Assembly: GCF_004010195.1 (NCBI RefSeq)
Contig: NC_057719.1
Span: 36,050,359-36,094,589, forward strand
Source: Chiloscyllium plagiosum
Lineage: Eukaryota
Direction: 5' to 3'
Length of the DNA: 44,231 nt
In this document: piece by piece, positions 36,746-44,231 of the stretch
How the letters are laid out: every line of letters begins with the position of its first letter
Position numbering within the stretch: position 1 is the first letter of the stretch
Notes under the pieces: generated by a model
What the model was told of the DNA's origin: nothing
Database searches by the model: none
What the model saw: only the letters and a program-made list of their open reading frames with translations
Made by a program: the position numbers and the translations under genes

Positions 36746-36978
36746 GGTGGCACGGTGGCACAGTGGTTAGCACTGCTGCCTCACAGCGCCAGAGACCCGG
36801 GTTCAATTCCCGCCTCAGGCGACTGACTGTGTGGAGTTTGCACGTTCTCCCCGTGTCTGTGTGGGTTTCCTCCGGGGTAAATGTAGGGGTATGGGTGGGT
36901 TTCGCTTTGGCGGGTCAGTGTGAACTTGTTGGGCCGAAGGGCCTGTTTCCACACTGTAATCTAATCTAATCTAATCTA
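36746..36978 (+). mobile_element. HE1-type SINE with internal deletion
   Basis: A box tggcacagtgg, B box ggttcaattcc, TSD atgtg (36741, 36979). Confidence 0.93.
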
Positions 36979-37792
36979 ATGTGCACTTCTGCACTGATTA
37001 TGCCTTCATACTTGTGCTTGAAATGTTGCTGAATTTAATCAATTAGCTTATCAAGATCCTTGGTCAGCTAACTCAAAAACACTTCTTTCAAGTTCTGACC
37101 TCAGCTTATGGAGGCAGATTTTGTCCATCATGTTGTTTTGTTGACATGTCTCACTGCAACAATGGACAATTTGAAGCGTTTGCCCTTTAATTGGACATTG
37201 CACCCCATATGTCGACACATTCCTAACACATCTCCTCAGCAGATTCTTAATTGAACTGTGTTCTCAGAGTCCATGCAGAAATTGATCTTGTGCATAGCTC
37301 TACATATAATAAAACAATCTGTAACTGAACTAATGGGCATTTTGGTAAACTGTTAATTTACCAACACCTTTGAACAAAATTTTCTATCCTTTGAATCATT
37401 GTTTATGTCATAAATACTCCAGTGCCCTAACTTCTCTTTGTTTAAGCATGTTGGATTCACTTCAAGATTGTGATTTCACCATTTTAACACTGCTTTTAGC
37501 ATTGAAATGAATTTTCTTTCTTGCTTTAGCCTTCGCTTGGTGAACAGTTATAACTTTTTCTTGGCATTTGGTATTAAAACATTTGACATTTCAGTGTCAA
37601 CATGCCCGTGTATGTGATTGCCATTGCAGTGGTTATCATGAAACAGCAACCACGAGCATATCTGATTGGATGCTGTTCATTTCCAAGGTCAAAGCTATAC
37701 ACAGGATGAAACTCCCAAACAATCTTCGATGCCATCTCCAAAAACAATCTTGAATGGTCAGGCAAATATAAGGTTTTTAATGTGTTTAATAT

Positions 37793-38087
37793 GGATGGCA
37801 TGGTGGCACAGTGCTTAGCACTGCTGCCTCACAGTGCCGGAGACTCGGGTTCAATTCCCGCCTCAGGCAACTATCTGTGTCTGTGTGGGTTTCCCAACAT
37901 TCTCCCTGTGTCTGCGTGGGTTTCCTCTCACAGTCCAAAAATGTGCAGGTTAGGTGAATTGGCCATGCTAAATTGCCCAAAGTGTTAGGTGTAGGAATGG
38001 ATCTGGATGGGTTGCTCTTCGGAGGGTCGGTGTGGACTTGTTGGGCCGAAGGGCCTGTTTCCACACTGTAGGTAATCTAATCTAATC
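37793..38087 (+). mobile_element. HE1-type SINE
   Basis: A/B boxes, body, (TAATC)n tail. Confidence 0.92.
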
Positions 38088-38117
38088 CAATAACAGATTG
38101 GATGTATTTATTCATCA

Positions 38118-38321
38118 AGGCGGAAGTGGGTATTGCAGATGCTGGAGATTAGAATCAAGATCAGAGTGGTGTTGAAAAAGCGCAGCAGATCAAGCAGCTT
38201 CCGATGCAATATGTTGATGGAGTGGGGGTAAAGGTGATAGGTCAGAAAAGAGGGTGGAGTGGATAGGTGGGAAGTAAGATTGGCAGGTGGTGCAATAGTG
38301 GAGTACCACTGTAATCTTGAC
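38118..38321 (-). mobile_element. Penelope pLTR fragment with internal deletion
   Basis: tgcagatgctggagattag...aaaagcgcagcag; TSD tgtattt(a/g)ttcatca (38103-38117, 38322-38336). Confidence 0.78.
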
Positions 38322-38599
38322 TGTATTTGTTCATCAGTCTATTCACATACTGTCTTGTAATGTAAAAGCTTCAATGTGCCAATGTTGAAATGGAATGGTA
38401 AATTCTGCAATGTACATGCAAATGTTTTGCTACTTTTTTGATTTCAGATTTGTAGTCATCCACAAATGGTTTAAAGTTGAAATCTTTCTCCTACTTTGTG
38501 GTAATTGTTTCAATTGGTTCAATCTTTTGCCTTGTTGGGTGCAAGAAATGTTGTTTACCTTCCATATATTTTAAGACCAATTTCTCTTATAAAATTACT

Positions 38600-38997
38600 T
38601 TCTTGTGCTCACTGGAGCATAGGAGGTTGAGGATTATCCTTACAGAGATTTCTATAATCATGAGAGGCATAAATAAAGTTAATAGCAAAGCTTTTTTTCC
38701 CCTAGGATTGGAGAGCTCAAAACTAAAGGGTATAATTTTATGGTGAAAGGAGAAAGATTTAAAAGGGACCTGAGGGGCAACAATTCCACACAGTGGGTGC
38801 TTTGTATGTGGAATGAATTGCCAGAGAAGTAATAGATGTAGGTACAGTTACAACATTTAAAAGATATTTGGACAGGTATGTGAATAGCTAAGAATGATAT
38901 GGGCCAAATGCAGGCGATAGGACTAATTCAGTTTGGAAAACTTGATTGGCATGGACGAGTTGGATTGATGGATCTGTTTCAAGCTGAATGACTCTAA
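38600..38997 (+). mobile_element. CR1/HER1 3' fragment
   Basis: SLEHRRLR..LTEI..IMRGI; terminal gactcta. Confidence 0.85.
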
Positions 38998-39580
38998 TTG
39001 TCTTTTTTTGGGTTTTGACCTCTTCACTTTCACCTTTGAGTTTTAAAAGTATTATTGACTCTGGAAAAGATAGCCATTGTTTAAATATCTGTACTGAATT
39101 GTTTTCAGCTCTTACATTTGTTCCTAGCTTTCTGGTGTATTCTGTGAGTACAGCCATATTGTCACTTTTTAGAAGTAACAGTGACCCAGTAAACAGGTCA
39201 CTGCAGCCATCTGTAACAGCAATATAAAGTCTGAGTAAAGCAATCAGTCTGGTTGGCAGAGCTTGACTTTAGGACCCTGCAGCAGCTAATTTCACAAGGT
39301 GTGAGCATGCAATGACAGAAACTGTGAGGTTCAGTAGGATACAATCAAAATCCTAGCAACCTGACAGGTCAGTCACTGGCAGTCAGCTGATTTTCTTCAT
39401 CAGAGTTTCTACTGCTGTTTGCTGCCAACATTCTCGTACTTCGATCCTATTTTGTTGCCAAAATTTATCATATGTTTAGAAGAACTTATAAAGAAAGACA
39501 GATGGCCAATTTGTGTGTTCAATGATGTCATTGCACATGAATACCACACCAGGTGTACAGGAAGGAGATAGATTCTCCAT

Positions 39581-40640
39581 TTAGAGTCATAGAGTCATAG
39601 TCAGCACGGAAATAGACTCAACTTGTCCATGCTGACCAGTTTTCCCAAACTGAATTAGTCCAATTTGTCTGTTGTTAGCCCACATCCCTCTATACGTTTC
39701 CTATTCATGTACCTGTCCAAATGTCTTTTAAATGTTGCAAAAGCATCTAACCTTTCCTCTGGCAATTCATTCCCTTTATAATCCATCCTCTGTATGAATA
39801 AAGTTGCCCTTCAGGTCCATTTCAAATCTTTCCCCTCTCACCCTAAAATATATCTACAGGTTTTGAACTCCCCTAGGGAAAATATATTTTCTATTCACCT
39901 CTTCTATGCCCCTCATGATTTAATAAACCTCTATAAAGTCGCCCTTGGCTTTCTATGCTTCAGGAAAAAAGTCCCAGCCTATCCAGCCTCTCCTAATAAC
40001 TCAAACTCTGCAGTCCTGGTAACATCCTTGTCAATGTTTTCTGCACCCTCTCCAATTTAATAATATCCTTCCTATGGAAGGGCTACCAGAACTATACACA
40101 ATACTCCAAAAGTGGCCTCACCAACGTCCTGTACAGCCACAATATCAGTCCCAACTCCTATGTTCAACCCTCTGCTCAATGAAGGCAAGCCTGCCAAATG
40201 CCTTTTTCACCACCCTGTCTACCTGCGTCATCACTTTCAATGAAATATATACCTGAACCCCTTGGTCTCTCTGTTCAACAACTCTATCCAGGGCCCTACT
40301 ATCAACTGTGTAATTCCTGACCTTGTTTATCTTACCAAAATACAACACCTCGCATTTATTTGCATTAAACTCCATTGGCCCAATTCACCAAGATCCTGTT
40401 GTTATCTTAGATAACCTTCTGCACTGTCCACTACACCACCAATTTTGGTGTCAACTGCAAATTTACTCACCACGCTTTACGTAACTTCATCCAAATTGTT
40501 TATATAAATTACAAACAATAGGGGACCCAGCATGATCCCTGTGGAACACCAATGGTCACGGGCCTCCATTCCAAAAAACAACAACCCTCCACCACCACCT
40601 TCTATATCCTACCGTCAAGTCAATTTTTTGTCCAGTTGAC
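39581..40640 (-). mobile_element. CR1/HER1 3' fragment
   Basis: (tagagtca)n tail; MEFNANKCEVLYFG...VDRVVKKAFG. Confidence 0.9.
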
Positions 40641-40649
40641 TGAGGCAGC

Positions 40650-41060
40650 TAGAGAACGAGACATATTTTGTAGAGGCAGAAAGACATTACTATCAATGTG
40701 AGCAGGGCTGCACCAAATTTCATGAACTCGCATGGTTGGTCATGGTGAATGAAATCATTCTCAAAAACCATCCTCTTATAATTGAATCAGTAACCTCTCA
40801 CTGCTCAAAAAACATTCCACTTTCACTAATTAAAACTCTTAAAAATTGCGACCAAGCTCGTTGTTAAATTCAGCTCATCCTTGCACAGTTGCCACTGCCT
40901 CCCATCCATATCTTGTAGCTTATATACATGTACCAATTATTCAACCATAATTGGTAAGTCACTTGAACCATTTCACTGTAATCACCAGCGGACGCAACTG
41001 CCTTTCTCTTGCAGGAAAAGTTAGAAACTTAATGCAGGCAGCAAAAGCTAGCAGGCAGAG
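40650..41060 (+). mobile_element. Possible Harbinger Myb-like ORF remnant
   Basis: KFHELAWLVM followed by gtgaat, later ttgcag followed by EKL; weakly resembles the KFNDL / EKL split of Harbinger ORF2. Confidence 0.3.
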
Positions 41061-41297
41061 TCAATGACAGCTGCATATCCTCACCTTGATGGTGATGGTG
41101 GTGTTCTCCTTTATTGGAGTAGCTTGCCCTGAGGTTGGGCTAGTGGTGTGGTTGAAACAATTGAGGATGATGGTGTACTCACACCAATTCTCCTTCTGAC
41201 ATCCCATTTCCCCATTCTGACCCCCCAACCTCTTCTGAAGAAGTTTAAGAACGCAACATTTGCTTTCCTCCCTTCATTAAACAATACCCTCATGCCT

Positions 41298-41520
41298 GGA
41301 GAAAGTGAGGACTGCAGATGCTGGAGATCAGAGTCAAGAGTGTGGTGCTGGAAAAGCACAGCAGGTCAATCAGCAACGGAGGAGCAGGAGAATTGATGTT
41401 TTGGGCATAAGCCCTTCATCACCATTCCTGACGAAGGGCTTATGCCCAAAACGTCAATTTTCCTACTCCTCGTATGCTGCCTCACCTGCTGCGCTTTTCC
41501 AGCACCCCACACTCGACACT
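41298..41520. mobile_element. Palindromic Penelope pLTR pair (first family)
   Basis: ~41333-41421 is inverted relative to ~41429-41517; degenerate hammerhead ctgacga-agggc-ttat-gccc-aaaac-gtc at 41428-41455. Confidence 0.85.
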
Positions 41521-41891
41521 TAGAGATAACATCTGCCGTAGCGAAGGACTAGACACCCAGAGCAGGGAAATAGCAGCGCAGATGTCAGGAGAGGTTTCAC
41601 ACCTTCACTGCTGCAGGAAACTCAGATAAAGATGTTGATGTGATGGCAATAGAAAAAGGCAGATGGGTGTTCATATCAAAATGAATGATGCCTTGACAGG
41701 CTTTTAAGAAGGTCACTTTCATGGAGGGGTCTGGAACCTAGGCCTCACAGGGTTTTATGGACAGATTGAAGCCCATTCTTTCCAGGCTGAAAAAAGTGGT
41801 CAACTGCATAAATACACTTGCGAACCTTGTTATGAGAGAACATCTCATAACTGATGGCTTGTTGTCATCAACAAATGCTGTGCCACATTTA

Positions 41892-42720
41892 CATAGAGTC
41901 GCAGAGATGTATGGTGCGGAAACAGACCCTTTGGTCCAACCCATCCATGCCGACCAGATATCCTAAATTAATCTAGTCCCATTTGCCAGCACTTAGCCCA
42001 TGTCCCTCTGAATCCTTCGTCGTCATGTACCCATCCAGATGCCTTTTAAATTTTGCAATTGTACCAGCCTCCACCACTTCCTCTGGTAGCTCATTCCATA
42101 CACGGAGCACTGTCTGCATGAAAATGTTGCCTCTTAGGTCTCTTTTAAATCTTTCACCTCACCCTACACCTATTCCCTCTAGTTCTGGTCTCTCCCATGC
42201 CAGAAAAAAGACCTTGTCTATTTACCCTATCCATGATTTTATAAACCTCTATGCTACTTTCTCCCCACCCTCACCCTCCTCTCATTTATCTCTCCACCCT
42301 GCAGGCACTCTGCCTCTATTCCTGATGAAGGGCTTTTGCCCAAAACATCGATTTTCCTGCTCCTCGGATGCTGCCTGAACTGCTGTGCTTTTCCAGCACC
42401 ACTCTAATCTAGAATCTGGTTTCCATCATCTGCAGTCCTCGTTTTTACCTAAACCTCTATAAGGTAACCCCTCAGCCCCCATGCTCCGGGAAACAGCCCT
42501 AGGCTATTCATGCTCTCCCTATAGCTCAAATCTCCCCACCCTGGCAAAATCCTTGTAAATCTTTTCTGAACCCTTTCAAATTTCACAACTTCCTTCCTGT
42601 AGGAGAGAGACCAGAATTGCATACAATATTCCAAAAGTGGTCGAACCAATGTCCTGTGCAGCCGCAAAATGATGTCCCAACTCCGATACTCAATGCTCTG
42701 ACGAATAAAGGAAAGCATAC
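41892..42720 (-). mobile_element. CR1/HER1 3' fragment containing a Penelope insert
   Basis: LHRTLVRPLLEYCMQFWS...FERVQKRFTR; tail catagagtc. Confidence 0.9.
42253..42449 (+). mobile_element. Penelope pLTR fragment
   Basis: attcctgatgaagggcttttgcccaaaacatcg; TSD taaacctctat (42242-42252, 42450-42460). Confidence 0.88.
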
Positions 42721-43725
42721 TGTTGAGCTTGCCACACAGTGTGTTTCAACTCTTATATCTAGCAAAAGAACTGTGAGTCAATGTTTAATAATAGTAAAAC
42801 AATAATATTTATTTATTTAATACAATTAATACTATCACAACAAGATACACTATTAATAATTTACACCACAAATGCTAACTTATGCTTTAACTTAACTGTT
42901 GGATGATCATATACCACCACACTAGAACTTGGCCTTGCTGCATGTGATGATGTTGTTATGAAGGTGTAGAGATGTACTGCACCTTTAAGAGAGTTGAAAA
43001 GCTAGCAGAACTACCTGACACAGTACAAAGTGTTCTGAACAAGGTAACAATGTAACATTTAGTCGAACAGCTAGTAGTAGCTGGGTTGCTATGAGACAAA
43101 AACAAATTTCAAATTTGGCCAATCAATTTAAATTATGCCGCAAGATACCAAACTCCAATCAAGTTTGAATTTAGTATTTTGATAATATTAGAACCAATGA
43201 AATGATCCAAAGTTTTGCCCGCATTCTCCACCAAAACTGTTACGACCCTGGGTAAACCTCTCTGCTAACTTAAACCAACCATGCAGAAAAGATTGACCCT
43301 GTACTGTAATCTGTTAAATTTCGAGAGGAAAAGAAACACCCCCAAAGTCACAATTGAAAGTAAAAATTTAAGAACTTTATTCTTTAAGTCTAACAGAGAA
43401 TATTAACTAGCAACTATTTACAACTCTTTTCTCTTAAACTTATCTTTTACCTCCTCCTCTACAATATTGGTCCGATTAAAAAAAAGTCTCAATTACGATT
43501 TTAAAAAAAATCATGTTTCAAAACTGGTAAGTTTTGCTGAGTTTCCTCTGCTGATTTTCCTCTGTGGATTCTCTCTCCAGGTCAGTTTCAATGTTTTTTT
43601 CTGTGCAAACACCTCCAGACAGGTACCTCTCAGAGAGTTCTTACTAGCAGCTTACATTTGTTGATCTTTTGGCAGTTCTCCTTGCCACTCTGGCTAACTG
43701 CTCAAACTGTCTGATATTTATACCC
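42721..43725. mobile_element. Probable nested LTR-like fragments
   Basis: Successive TGTT starts (42721, ~42954, 43238); minus-strand aataaa (~43376-43381) and tataaa (~43717-43722). No paired LTR in the window. Confidence 0.35.
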
Positions 43726-43850
43726 GGAGAAAGTGAGGACTGCAGATGCTGGAGATCAGAGCTGAAAAATGTGTTGCTGGAAAAGCGCAGCAGGGCAGGC
43801 AGTATCCAAGGAGCAGGAGAATCGATGTTTCGGGCATAAGCCCTTCTTCA
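43726..43850 (-). mobile_element. Penelope pLTR 3' fragment
   Basis: ggagaaagtgaggactgcagatgctgg...tttcgggcataagcccttc, as at 41298. Confidence 0.88.
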
Positions 43851-44231
43851 CACACTCCCACACTCATACAGGCATCCTCTCAGAGACTTAGACCACTCTA
43901 CACTCATGAACACACATATATACTCTCTCTCACAGACACTCACAACCCCCCACCCCAGACACACACACACACACTCCCACAGTCACACATGCACCTCCTC
44001 ACAGACTTGAGACACTCTACATTCACTACACACACATATACACTCTCTCTCACACTCACAACCCACCAACCCAGACAGACAGACACACACAGGCAGACAC
44101 AAAGACCCACATGTACACATATATTTTGTGGGGTGAATTTGTACTTGCAGAGTTACATTGGACTTTGCTCAGAAACTGCATGAATTCATGTAAAACTCTG
44201 TTATCTCACTTTTTAGATTAGAATCAATCTA
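43850..44231 (+). repeat. CA/CT-rich degenerate repeat, possibly internal to another Penelope-type element; runs off the window
   Basis: Imperfect (CA)n with duplicated cctc..acagactt.ga.actcta units. Confidence 0.5.

Noticed and set aside
36746..36815. tRNA gene
   Set aside because: A/B boxes belong to the SINE head; it runs into SINE body and tail.

Overview
Repeat-dense, non-coding vertebrate DNA. It is almost certainly elasmobranch (shark): it carries many HE1-type tRNA-derived SINEs and their partner CR1/HER1-type LINEs. I can support no host protein-coding gene; every recognisable ORF in the track is a broken transposon ORF. Main content: (i) a plus-strand CR1 (7651-14122) split by a 3.7-kb antisense copy of the same family; (ii) a decayed Ty3/Gypsy element with both ends preserved (19121-26844, 5-bp TSD CCCAC) holding seven nested insertions; (iii) a Rex1/Babar LINE (about 29886-34925) broken by three inserts; (iv) Harbinger transposase and Myb remnants; (v) Penelope-like (GIY-YIG) elements of at least two families. 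The most interesting signal is a set of minimal hammerhead-ribozyme motifs in the Penelope ends. One is a 225-bp, TSD-flanked, near-perfect palindrome (33353-33577) with an intact hammerhead core on each strand, and many Penelope truncation or inversion points fall at the ribozyme. Boundaries were read by eye, and family names come from motif recognition, not database searches.
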